Shown here piece after piece: positions 42,879 through 56,050 of a stretch of DNA of 64,000 nt. Below the pieces are notes generated by a model that saw nothing but the letters and a program-made list of their open reading frames with translations, was not told the DNA's origin and made no database searches. The stretch spans positions 368,404,001 to 368,468,000 of the forward strand of contig OZ024740.1 in NCBI GenBank assembly GCA_964016885.1. Direction: 5' to 3'. Position numbers and translations under genes: made by a program. This DNA is from Eledone cirrhosa. Lineage: Eukaryota. Each line of letters opens with the position of its first letter. The first letter of the stretch is position 1.

Positions 42879-43541
42879 CTATATGTCTGTATGTATATAC
42901 ACATGTGTCCGCGAGTGTACATACGTGTGTGTTTGTGTGTAGTTATGTATATATCTATGTGTATTCACCTCATAAAGAAAGTCTGACGAATGAATCATTG
43001 AATTCTCATTTATAGCTGAGTGGATATTATTTCTATCTATAATCGAAGGAAGAAGTACATCACTTTCTCATCAATTACGTATGTGCGTCAGTTTTCTACT
43101 ATAGAATGATATACGAAGTTAACAATAAAATGTTACTAGAAGATAGATTGATAGGCAACAGCTGTGTTGGATATTTTCCTTGGATTTGCCATCGCAAATT
43201 GTCAGCCATGTGTTACATTATAGGATTTTATTCAGAGCGTTCACAATGTACATGTGTGTCGCCTTTTGAGGCAGCAGGAAACTTATCTTGGCTATTCATG
43301 CACATAAATGTGTAGACAACTACTAGTGAGTGTCATCTGTATAGATTTCCTATAAATTGAGTTATATATTGAATCTGATGCATAGAAAAGCATGTATACA
43401 AATCAGATGAACAGTCTTTGGCCTCGCATAATATAGACTGACATCAGACATATATATGCACTCATATATACCTACGTGATGGGCATGTGTTCACGTATAC
43501 ACAGACGCATACTATATATATATATATTTTTTTTTTTATAG

Positions 43542-43673
<132 letters not shown>

Positions 43674-43879
43674 TAGTGTGTGTGTGTATATATACACGTG
43701 ATGACCGCTTAACTACAACAATTGCACATAGAATCGTACAAACACATCAATATACAAAGCAGAAATGAATATAGCTGGAGACTACGACAGAATGCATGTA
43801 TATATAAACATATAATACATACATGTATATATATGTGTGTGCGTGTGTGAGTGGGTGTGTGTATGCTTGTATAAATAAA

Positions 43880-44070
43880 TGTGGCTTAGTAGTTAGAGAA
43901 TTGGACTCTCAATCGGGAGGTTGTGAGTTCGATTCCAGGACTGGGCGATGCGTTATATCCTTGGGCAAGACACTTTATTTCACGTTGCTCTTTCTACCTC
44001 GAGTTGCGACCGTTAGAAAGTATTATCAATTGGAAAGACCAGTGGACGCATTGATTCCTCGGTCCGACCC
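43880..44070 (+). mobile_element. tRNA-derived SINE (sister of 36172)
   Basis: tggcttagtagttag, gagttcgattcc, ccttgggcaagacactttatttcacg. Confidence 0.82.
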
Positions 44071-44071
44071 A

Positions 44072-44600
44072 CTGATCAGCATGTCAGCAGATAGGCCAGT
44101 CACTTATTTGAATTTGGCAAATTCAGCCATTAATCGCTAGGATACATGAGAGTGACTAGCATATCTGCTGACATACAGATCTGGCTGCTCAATGGGTCTG
44201 CTAATATGCAAATCAGGCCGATCAGACAGTGTATATTTTAGAAAATATCATATATTTTCAGTAGCCCTGACTGTTGGCAGGTAGCCATTATACTGCACTG
44301 ATGAAGGGTAATCACCCACAAACATTTGTGTCTGCAGTTCTGTTTACGTGCCAACACAAGAGCGAGGATGATGTGTTCATTCTACTGACATGGATTAAAA
44401 GTGGCTGTTTGCATGATTGCAAACGAATCGAATATTATCATCAATATTCGAAAAACTCAGATTACATTTATTGTATTCAGCCATGTACAGCGTTAAGCTA
44501 TTTGATATATATACATATATATATATATGTATATATAACAAATAGCTTAACGCTGTACATGGCTGAATACAATAAATGTAATCTGAGTTTTTCGAATATA
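44072..44600 (+). mobile_element. HHR cassette ending in a TA-centred palindrome (44445-44600); family copy at 53447-53920
   Basis: HHR at 44292-44338: ACTGCA-CTGATGA-a-GGGT-aatc-ACCC-a-cAAAC-atttgt-GTC|TGCAGT (GAAA mutated to CAAA). Confidence 0.8.
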
Positions 44601-44612
44601 TATATATATATT

Positions 44613-44704
<92 letters not shown>

Positions 44705-44764
44705 GAGAGAGGGAGAGAGAGAGAGAGAGAGAGCAGCGGCAACACACCAGTTAGTTCACCATAC

Positions 44765-44802
44765 CAAGAACAATTGTTTCACCTTAGCGGATCTTCAGCT
44801 CG
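44765..44802 (-). ncRNA. Minimal hammerhead ribozyme
   Basis: Minus strand CGAG-CTGAAGA-t-CC-gctaa-GG-t-GAAAC-AATT-GTT|CTTG. Confidence 0.72.
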
Positions 44803-45993
44803 TAATGGACATGGTTATACGGAACAGGAAGGACAACCGTATGAATACGCATGCGCAGAAACGGTCACTTCACCAAGACAATACAAAACCTCGTGCGAGA
44901 GGTGTAAGGGAGATAACTGCGAAAGTCCGAAAGGTTCTAGTAGATAAGAACATTTGGATGTTTCTGTTATTCAATCCGGAGCTTTAGTTATGTGGAGGTG
45001 TTTCCAGACATGGAGACAACGTAGAGTTTGTAGCTTAGAGATCAGAATGTCGCTCTAGTTAGAGGCGCTACTTGACCGATTTGAGATATCACAGCTCCAA
45101 TATTGCGGACATGTTAGAATGACAAGCACTTCTTAAGGAGTGACTGAACATACAGCTCGCACACTCGTTACACTATGAATAGATTAGTCTCGAAAACAGG
45201 CCATGCACACCACGTTATATGCACACTTTCTGACAAAATATAAAAAACATTTTGATGTATGCTACCATTGAAATATTGACGTTAACCTAGAGACGACGGA
45301 GAGAAATGTGGGGAATATAGTGATTAAAGAACTCGTAATTCTCAACACAGGGAAATCACTACTGAACAATTGAACGGCGCTACGTGGGGCAGAGTGACTC
45401 ATATGACAGCTATACGAATGCGCAATCCACAAGTATAACATAGGAAAAGTTCTTTAAAGTAAGAAACCTCGTTCTTGCGTTATTCATTTATAAAGATGGT
45501 ATTTCCATCGCAATATGATCATCAAATTTACATTAATTCGCTTTCCTTTCGTACTCGTATTTTTTACTCTATTACCACATTTATATATTCCGCCTTGTAT
45601 TGGCTCTCTGAACGTCTTACTATGCATTGCATATCTAACAATACCACACATTAACTAAAACTCGGAAGATCCAAGCGCATGTACAATTCCCACCTATTGG
45701 CTGTCTTCTGGGTATCATTATTGTATTATTTTTCTAAAGAAGTGGCATCACTAGTATCTAAAGGAAGATAAGTATTCAGAATGAAAACAAAATGGACGTT
45801 GGACAAAAACATATAATCATACGGATATGGGACAGGATAATCTCTACAATGCAACTCATAAATAAATAAATTAATACAGTTCAGTTCCAGTCATCGTCCT
45901 GGAAATAAGACGTAGCTAAGTGGACTGACAAGTTCAGTAGTCGAATAGAAAAAAATGAGAGACTTGATGGACCGGAAGTTGAGAACTAAGTGT

Positions 45994-46053
<60 letters not shown>

Positions 46054-47468
46054 GAGAGAGAGAGAGAGAGAGAGGAGGAGAGAGAGAGAGAGAGAGAGAA
46101 AGCATATAGGTAGGTGGATATAAAGGGAGAAATAAATGATGATACCATTTAAATCACAATTGGGACATATACTGGAAAGAGAAAACTCAGTGGAAGCAAG
46201 CACATAGACAATTTCGGCTCGTCCTTTGTCTTCTCGAGAATACAGTATTATACTTTCGGATAAGTGTTTGAAATTTAAAATCGTGAGAATCCCAAACCGA
46301 GAAAATATTTGTAATAACAGACAACTAGTATAGATATGATATCTTATCAACGCATAACTTTAAATCTGGAAATTCATAAGAATGCCGTTAAAGGTAATTT
46401 TACAAAAATACATTCGGAAAGATCTACTAAATATACAAATATACTATTCGATATTCATACATTCGACCGCTATAAAAACGTACACACAAGCAACATCAAT
46501 AGGTGAACTACACACGTCTATATTTTTTTGTTTTTTTATAGGAATTATGATGCTTTTACACTTTAAAATATTTTTACACTATTTCGATATTTTATTCAAA
46601 TTAAACTCCCATAAATATGAACAAGATCAGAAGAAAATTAAATAATGAGGAAAAGCGGAAGCGATAAAAAAAAGGACACACCAAGCAGTAATGGAAGCCT
46701 ATTTTAATAAGATTGCTGAAATCTACGAAGAACGTGTTACACAACACAAACCTTATTAAGCATGCTAAAACCATTTAAGTAACATTGATAAAAAGATATG
46801 TATTGCACAATAACTTTTGCTCCTCATCTGAAATATATTATTTGTATACTGTGGAAATTATGTTCAGCAATGCTCGAGCTCAGAAATAAACCCTTCAATG
46901 TAGACCTTCACAAGGATATACCGTAATTAATGTATTAGATGAATGTTAAATATCGAAATAGTACATTAAGAGGTAGACCAATCTTCAGACAGAACATTTA
47001 AGTTTGCAATGTACATTACCTAATTACGTTTGGCTTCTATTGATACCACTATTTTCATTATCTCATTTTAATCAAGTAATATCAATTAAAGATAAATATG
47101 GTATTGTTACCACATTTGACCCACTTATGCGATTTATAATGTAGAAAAGAAAGAAGGGATGTTTTCAATTTCATATATTTTATATATTTGTGTTTGTCTC
47201 TGTGCAAATGGGTATGTATGCGTGTGCGCCTAAGTGCACATTATATATTTAAATAGAGGTACTGCATTCATGAGCAGTAATTGTTGTTATGATACATAGG
47301 AAAATAATGCGTTAAATATATTAACTGAATATATAGGTTTCGTAATTATACAAGATTAATTTAAACGACGAAGTAAAAAGAAACACCTTTTCAAAATGAA
47401 GGTTTCATACTTTCTGGTCTTGTTAGAAATGAATGTGTAATCATGATACACGATTAATGACATATATA

Positions 47469-47510
<42 letters not shown>

Positions 47511-48167
47511 ACAGACGCGCACACACACACAAACACACACACACATACACACACACACACACATATATATATATATGCGTGTGTGTCTGTGACTGTGTAT
47601 TTGTGTATTTAGCTGACAATTTCTGCCCGTGTTCAAACGCAGGCTGTTATGTTCGTTGATCAAAGTGAATATTTTTTGTTATAGCTTCATAATTTACACG
47701 GTTACTGATCAATATTCTCTTCCACAGTAAGGAATATTTATGATCTATACAATTTGGTGACCTATAACAAATTGTCTGCATTCATGAAAGAAATATCTTT
47801 GTGCATTAGATTCTGATTTTCTCTCTATGTATACTTACTAATTGATAAGTTACTGGTAATGCGATATAACTATTCAACCGTTAAGTATTCTCGTAAAAGC
47901 TCATACTGCATAGATTGCATAAATTAGCAATATTTGTTTAACTGTTGCGTGGTGATGTGTTTTGAAACAGTGTTCAATGGGATGTTATATAGTATTCATT
48001 AAATATATAATTCATTAAGAGTTCTCGGTTGTTTTTATCCCGTTAGTAAAGAAACCATATGCATTTTATCAGCACCTACATTTCCCTACACTCTAAATAT
48101 CTGTTGCATGGTTTATGCCTAAATAAACATACACACACACATACACACACACACATATATATGTATC

Positions 48168-48375
48168 TATCTAGGGCGGGTAAAATTCCCGAGATCCATG
48201 GACGAGTTCTCTCCAGCGGTCTCTGTCCCTCATTATCGCTGCCATGTCCTGCGTCTCCAACAGACCAGTGTCTGTCCTTAGGGCATCAACATACGTTACC
48301 CGTGGTTTTCCTCTTCCAGTGTGTCCATGTAGGGGCTCCCACAGGAGCACTGAGTGTAATGTCAACTCTGGATGT
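48168..48375 (-). mobile_element. RTE-type LINE extreme 3' fragment
   Basis: VLLWEPLHGHTGRGKPRVTYVDALRTDTG...MRDRDRWRELV. Confidence 0.82.
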
Positions 48376-48989
48376 CGGTATACATATATATTTAAACAAG
48401 TTCGAGTGAGTTGTTAGTACAAGGATATGAAGTTTCAGAAAATTTAAAGCTGGATATGATTTCATTGTGAACAAAAAACAGTTAATAAACAGTTTTAATT
48501 TTGATCGAATAGGTAAAATTCCATTCACAATAGTCTTGTAATTCTAAAGAGAATATATATATATATATAGAAGGAACATTTAGAAAATCAGTTACGCACG
48601 TTTCTCTAGACTAACATGTTTCAGTCCAGTGAGAATAATGCCTTCAGATTCAATTCAATACAAAACACTTACCTTTCATGTATTATTATATACTCGTGAG
48701 GAACGTTATATGTTAAAATCATACAAGGTAGATATTTGTATTTAATTGAATCTGATGAGCTATACATACTATAATCAAATCTTTTTTTCCTGTAAGTCCG
48801 TTAAATGATTTAATGATAATCCTTATCTAAACTATCGTTATTTACATACATATATATATATTAAGAAGAGCTGTAGCAGCTATGGTGTACACGATGCCTT
48901 CTGGCATGTTTTCATGCCTACATTAAATAAAAATGTGGATATTTATATACATATTGGTGCACTCATGTTTATACACTCTATATGTATAC

Positions 48990-49850
48990 CGATATAAATT
49001 TTACCAACAAACGCAAACACATTCCACCATCCAGATTCTTATGCAGAAGGCCAGAGGCTTGATATATGAACCAAGGTGCAACACACCAATGGTGATATAG
49101 GAAGCAGCACTCCACCAACGTGTACTACCTAACAAATAGCTGGGCTTTTGTCGGAATGTTTGAGAGCCGGTAGATAAGCCGTTTTCAATACCTCGAAAAG
49201 AGCTTCAAACTACCTAACATATAAACATACCGTTCAGCTCACAAATCCCGTGTGGAACCTCATAGGAGACGGCTCAGTGTTATCCATTAAGTAGAGGATA
49301 CTGGAATGATCCACAACCTACATCAATGTATCGACGTTTTGCCAATAATAAAGCTCTGAAAAGTGAAATGAAACTTCCAGAAGTGTCTTGGAAAATGTGC
49401 TGTTTAAATACGCAGCTGATTAACTCAGCGTATAGGATGGTGATGGATTTGTGATTATAGTATACTCGATAGGATTTTTCCATGTATGTTCTTAGATAGC
49501 TACTGCAACGAAAGATACTTTATAGCATTCCTGCTTTCGTTCATGAAATACCCCATCTTCATTTAGTATACGGGCATTGAATGTAGACATTAGAGAGTCG
49601 TTCAAGGAATACATTTCAATCCAGCATCGTGTTCTGCTGCCGGCATTACTCTTCTTGACGTTGTAGGAGATTCAGTAAAACGTTCGCCCTTGTGAGCGAG
49701 ATTTGTCTGCTATGTTGTTGTAATCGACTTGGATTTATGTTGGTACTTTAGCCCTTTAGGTTTCACCAAAGTCATGTTTGCTTGCTACATTTCTGTTCCT
49801 TCCCCTCTGCCAAGACTAGGAGGAGGAGTTGGACTTTGAAATGCAAGTGT
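48990..49850 (-). mobile_element. Possible decayed RLE-type (Hero/NeSL-like) non-LTR 3' fragment
   Basis: Minus strand FHERKQECY and IDVGCGSF resemble the HERK..KY and EVGCRGF motifs. Confidence 0.45.
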
Positions 49851-50208
49851 AACAGTTAGAAGTGTAACAGGCATACATTTTCTAAAAGAGCAGCAATAAC
49901 CAAACATTAGCCTTAAACGATTAATCCTTAAACGCGTTCTCATACCATACGAGGGATGTTTAACTTGATTTTCCGCAGGCGTCCATCTATCTTGTTCGTC
50001 AAATAAAATATAAATTCGTTAAATATTCTTATCATTACATGCATCGTTACGAATATATATCGGAACGTCCTAAAGCTACATAAATTAACCAAGTCATCTA
50101 TATATAGAATATATACTATATACACACTATATATATCTATATATATTATATATAAACATAGAGACACACACACGCACGCACACATACACAATACACACAT
50201 ACACACAT

Positions 50209-50240
<32 letters not shown>

Positions 50241-50264
50241 GTGTATATATATATATGTATGTAT

Positions 50265-50301
<37 letters not shown>

Positions 50302-50598
50302 TATGAGTGTATATATATTATATTTGTATATATATTTATGTGTGTATATATATATATATCAGTTTGACAAGCGCACCTCAGCGTGAAAGGTTGTTCTAAA
50401 AACGAAACAATACCTCCTACGTTAACCAAGAACTCCTAAAAAAAAAAAAAAATGTTTTTCTAATCCGGAAAAAAATTATTTTTGGATTTTGTGAAGAAAA
50501 TAGATTTGTTGAAAACACAAGTGAAGCCATTTTTTCTTCCCCCCTGTCTATATATATATATATATTATTATGTAATAAATAACATAAGGCAATTATTC

Positions 50599-50652
50599 CA
50601 TTTACCAGTGGTTTCTTAAAAGCAAAAGGTTTTGCATTCAATCCTCAGAATG
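50599..50652 (-). ncRNA. Type I hammerhead ribozyme in a TA-flanked cassette at ~50565-50790
   Basis: Minus strand CATT-CTGAGGA-ttgaa-t-GCAAAA-cc-TTTTGC-ttttaa-GAAAC-cactg-GTA|AATG; cassette end shared with 40728-40850. Confidence 0.82.
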
Positions 50653-50787
50653 AAAAAATCCTGGTTTGTTTATTGAATTTGTATTTTAAAACTAAAATGA
50701 TAATAATAATAATTAATAATAATTAAGCTCTGTTACCTACATAGAGCACTCTTTTTTCCTGGACTTTTCCGACGGAATTACTTCATT

Positions 50788-50841
<54 letters not shown>

Positions 50842-50857
50842 AATATATTTATGTGTG

Positions 50858-50920
<63 letters not shown>

Positions 50921-51249
50921 GTGTGTGTATGTATAAACGGATATTGACAGGATGTACTTACAATGCTTTGAGGGCACCTCCGAACGAAATCTTAGATTTT
51001 GTTTCCTTGCGTGTCTTCATTCTCTTAGCATACACGACGTTTAGTTACTGCACGCATCTTGTTGCTTAAAGTGATTCATTATGAGTCGTCTCTAACAAGT
51101 GTGGTAAATAGAATTTTCTCGCGCTGCGTTACTGCAATTCCAAACTTTATTGTGTTGACAGGCTGTTCAATTTCACTATAAGTTGTATATATGTAAAATC
51201 CAGGCACTTGAAGAAATACCTTTAAACTGCTTTGTTCAACTTTCTAAAC

Positions 51250-52780
51250 ACTTTTCACGGTCATATATAATTTTGGTTTTGCAAATTGTTAAGGCGAAAC
51301 GTAGAAGAAGGGCTGCAAATCTTGGCTAGTAAAGAAGTCATCCTTCTTGCACTTACGCTACATGCAGGCATGAACAAATCACAGCAGAGATAGTAAAGCG
51401 GTCCAAAGTTAAGGCATGGAAATAATTTGGGGTTTAGTTGGAATCCAACTTTAGATCAGCAAATAAAGTGTTGTGGCAGAGCATCAGCCTACTTCGTATC
51501 AGGAACGCCTCTGGGGTTCTTGTCTCTTCAGAAAGTGGATTCATTGCGATGTGGATAGAATAATATGTATTATTTTAAACCCGATCACAATAGCATCGTC
51601 TGGTGTACACGAGGTGCAACTGGGAGCAGTGACTAATCTCTCAGAGGCCGAGGTCCCAATAGCAGTTAAATAGCACGAAAGTGGCAAAGTCGCCCTGGAC
51701 AATGGAATCCGGCATGAGATGTTAAAAGCCTTAAATAGGAAAGATATTCCCTGGCTGACTTATGTGTGCAATGGAAATCATGAGTGATAATCCCAACTTC
51801 CAAAGAGGGAGACAAAAGAGATGTTTTTCAAATTACAGAGGAATCTCCTTGTTAAGCCTTCCGGTAAAGTCTGTTCGAGAAGGTGTATACATGTTTTGCA
51901 GACATCTAAAAGGCATATAAAGTGCCGTGGAAGGTTGTCCAGGAGTATGTGGTCGATAGTCAGATCCTTGCGACCCTGATGTCACTATAAGAATGCCCGA
52001 GTAAATAAATGGTGCTAAATCAAAACCTTTCAATGTGGGAGTCAGACTTCACTGAGGGTGCATACTGTCACCTCTCTTGTTCTTTATTTTCATGAGCAAG
52101 ACTGAGATGCGTAGTTAGGCTTCAAGTAGGAAAGAGACTGGCGGGTGTAATATCAGACAGATGAAATTTGCAGTTGACATGTTGTTGCTTGACTCGACAG
52201 AATGTGATCTCCGACTTACACTTGATAATGTTTGATGCCGAGAGCTGCCTGTTTGGAATGAAAATCAGTTCTGCGAAAAATGATGAACTTGGCCTCTCAA
52301 GGAACCCTGCGCAAAACATTCTACATGTGAATGGTGTTCCACTGAAACAAGTAAAAATGTTCAAGTATCTTGTAGCGTTCACGAGTGCTGGACGTCTCTA
52401 GGCTGAATTACGAGCAAAAACTGTAGGAGCTAGTGCAGTGATAAACCAGCTTCGGCGTGTGGTAATCAGAAGCAGGGAAGTGGGAGTATAAGTCCAAGTC
52501 GCTATCTTCAACTCCTTCCATCGGTGTTCCTTCCATCCATTAAGGATGGTTATGAATCTTGCGTAATGACCGAAAAAATACGATCGTGAATACAAGCGTC
52601 CGAAATGGGGTTTTTCAGAAGGGTCATTAGGGTAACGTTACTCGATAGAGTGCGTAGCTCGGAGATAATAGATTCACTCCCATTAAAGACGATAGTTTTC
52701 CGAATTAAAAGATCACAGCTCCGATATTATGCGCATATGGTTAACATATTTTGCGGGCAAAGCCAACCGGCATGAGACAC
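51250..52780 (+). mobile_element. RTE-type LINE RT region, decayed
   Basis: GIRHEMLKAL, NYRGISLLSLP, SKPFNVGVRLH*GCILSPLLF, GMKISSAK, LHVNGVPLKQVKMFKYL, EMGFFRRV. Confidence 0.88.
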
Positions 52781-53446
52781 AGATATACATCCTGAGCAAC
52801 ATTGTTAATATGCAATTGCTTATAAATCAAATATTTTTTTACCACAGGAATATGACTTATTTAAAATTTCCCTTTAATTATATCGCTGTATTTATATTTT
52901 TGATTAACTATGAGTGAAGACAATTAAGATTATCTATAGTCATGTGTATCACCCAGGGACAATATACAACAAAACACCCTGTGTTATTAGATATTGTAAA
53001 AATATAAGTAGAAGGTATAATTGGAGTATAGATCTCGGGAGTTAATTTTATATACAGAATTGAGATGATTCAAAAGTCAAACGTTTGCAGCATGCGTAAA
53101 AAAAAATGTATTATAGCTGGAGTATATCTAAGCTTTCTTCCTGAATACTATCTTTGGATTTTACGTGTAAACACCATTAACGCATGGATTACCTCACCTA
53201 CTAAACGAATGCATTAATCTTGGTGAAAACTATAGCATCGTTAATCATGCAAATATAACACTCAATACACATGAACAGTTTATGACATTTAATAACATTA
53301 TGATCACATTCAACTAAAAAGAATTGCGTAAAGGTTTCATGAAAATATCCATTGGTCAACGTTTCTTCTCAAAACAATATATCGACTGTCACTTAATTCC
53401 CCACCATAAGTAGAAAATGTGATATATTTTTTATTATTATCAATTT

Positions 53447-53920
53447 TATTATAAATGTAATCTGAGTTTTTCTAATATTAATATTAACATTCGATTCGTT
53501 TGAAATTATGCCTTAATTTTATAGCCATGTCAGTAGAATAAACCCTTCATTATTGCTCTTGAGTTGGCACGTGAACAGAACTGCAGACATTAATGTTTCT
53601 GGGTATCACCCTTCATCTACAGCCACTGTTCACATGCCAAACTGTCAGAGCAAGTGAAAATATATGTTATTTTCAAAAATACACAGTGACTGATCGGCCT
53701 GATTTGCATATTAGCAGACTGGCTGATCAGTCAGATCTTTATATTTGAATTTGGCAAAGCCGGCCATTTATCGCTCGTATACAGGAAACTGACTGGCCAG
53801 TCTGCTGATATGCAAATCTGGCTGATCAGTATATCTGCATAATTGCAAACGAATCGAATGTTATTATTAATATTCTAAAAACTCAGATTAGATTTATTGT
53901 ATTCAGTCATGTAGATCGTT
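53447..53920. mobile_element. Cassette with terminal inverted arms and a decayed HHR (53580-53622, minus strand)
   Basis: Arms ~53447-53510 and ~53835-53900; minus strand GATGA-a-GGGT-gat-ACCC-a-GAAAC-attaat-GTC|TGCAG; homologous to 44072-44500. Confidence 0.78.
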
Positions 53921-55339
53921 TTTTTTTTAAACATTTCTTTTAAAATGTTAAACCTTTTCTTTAAATTTTATTTTATAACTAACTTAAAAGCAAATGTTTC
54001 TAGTTAACTATACAAATTCATGCTTACAAACAATTGAATATCTGTTGTACATGCATTTCATCACGTTTTATTCGAAAACTTATTTCAAGACTACTAGAAA
54101 AATCAAAAATTATACTATTCTAGTAACCGAAAGTGAGCTGGTGCATTTTATAGAACAAGATTCTTGTCAAATATCATAAAGTATGATATTGATGCAATAT
54201 AAAAATATATATGCATTTTATTTGCACGGTTAACAAATGCATACTCTTATTTCAATGAAAAATATCAGTAATTGTATAAAGCCAAGAATCCTGTAATAAT
54301 TAACTACGAGGTTTGCATTTGTTTTGGCTTTGTTTTTTAGATAGCAGATACTATTGAAAGAATAGTTCTTGGCGAATTATCTTATTCCAAAATCAAAGAA
54401 AATAAATAATGAACATTATGGATTGAAATGATATTAAAGAAACAGACATCGTTTGTTTTGATGCCATAAAGTATTAGGTTTAGGAATTTATTTTTAAATT
54501 GATGAAGCACATTCTATGGAAACCCTATTAGGAGATCATGAGGAATCATTACATTTCTCTCGGTCGATTTCCAGGTGAGAGTGACCATCTATCTTATTAC
54601 TTCTTCCCATTTCCTATGCACTTCCATGTTTGCATCAAATCAGACGCGTGCAACTTAACAGGTCCAGCGGTACAACACCCCCATGACGTTGTCAGTTAGC
54701 ATGAACATACCCATCCGTGTGTCAACTTGCAATCCCACTGATTTGGTCGCTTCTAAATAATTGCCACCGCCTCAAACTAGCTTACACTGGTCCCGATCTC
54801 TTCGATATGCTTGTCGACCAACGATGTCGACCGCATTGATGAAGTAGATCCTTCGAATCCTAGTTCTCGAGGATGTCCGTCAATGTCCCTAGACTGCAAT
54901 AGTGGTTCCAGTTTCACTTAACATAGTAGTATTAAATGGAACAGTCTCAAGGACGGAATGCAGAATATGATACTTAATGTTTCCGATAAATGAATAGTTC
55001 CTCTGAATACAAAGCAGATGTTTCTTTACATTGCTCTCATCCAGCCACTGAAACCCGATGTACAGACGTTACGTACAAACGTTTTCTCATGTTCTTTCCT
55101 ATCAAAGACATTGCCTGATCGACGCTGATGCGGGATCAACTCGCCAGATTTCTTACACACACGATATACGGTGTAACGTGTTCTGTTGTAAATAGATCAT
55201 TTCATAATCGCATCTGGCTGTGCCGCACCAAAACAAGCACCACTCTCCTTGCAAACACAATGGCTAAAAATATTGAAATGTGTATTGAACTGAATGACGT
55301 TCTCCTAAAGCTAAAGGTATCGATGTTTTCTTTAAAACG

Positions 55340-56050
55340 TGTTAGAGGTACATGAAATTCCAATATATCCTTGCTAACAATATGACCAAAATATGGAAAT
55401 AACTGTTCACTTGAATTACGAGGTTTTCCCCCAAATTGAAGGTACTGTTGCTTTATTGAAATGTATATTAGATATGCATGAAATTGCATGTTATCTCCTT
55501 CAAATACCACTCATGGGAAGTAAAACTATGGTTCCAAAGTTTTTTTCTTCGGGTATTGTGAATTTATCCTGTGCTACTTCCCACTTTGACAGTTCGAGCA
55601 CCCAGGATTCATATCATGTCATCAATTCATCTGAGAAATGTTGCAGGATCTTGAGTCTTTCTAGGAAATCTTGACAAATGTCTAACTGGTTCGCTTTATT
55701 TGTATTGGGTCACTAGCTTTCGCACATGCAAATCGTATGATAAAATTATGTGAACTACATTTTTATCCAAGCTTTTTCTTCTACAATTATTCTAACATAT
55801 AGTCGGTCATATTTCGCTATCACTTCAACATTTTGTTCATTTGTTGACAATATTTGCTTTCCAAATTAGGTTCGTCTTCAACATATTCACGGCTTTCTTT
55901 GAAAGGTTTGTGTTACCTAAGAAGCAGACTTCTCGATAGAGTGGCTATTCATAATCTTGTGTTAAAGAATTACATACCTCTGGGGCAGATATATTGGGTT
56001 ACACACAGAATTTGATGATGTACCATTTTCCTTTATTTTCCTGCATCGCA
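55340..56050 (-). mobile_element. Decayed Tc1/mariner transposase remnant
   Basis: Minus strand ESREYVEDEP, STNEQNVEVI, LDICQDFLERL...LMT*YESWV (ITGDESWV-like). Confidence 0.6.

Noticed and set aside
45000-45400. Possible decayed GIY-YIG fragment, and similarly ~57750-58280 on the minus strand
   Set aside because: Motifs too degenerate to call by eye; needs a translated HMM search.
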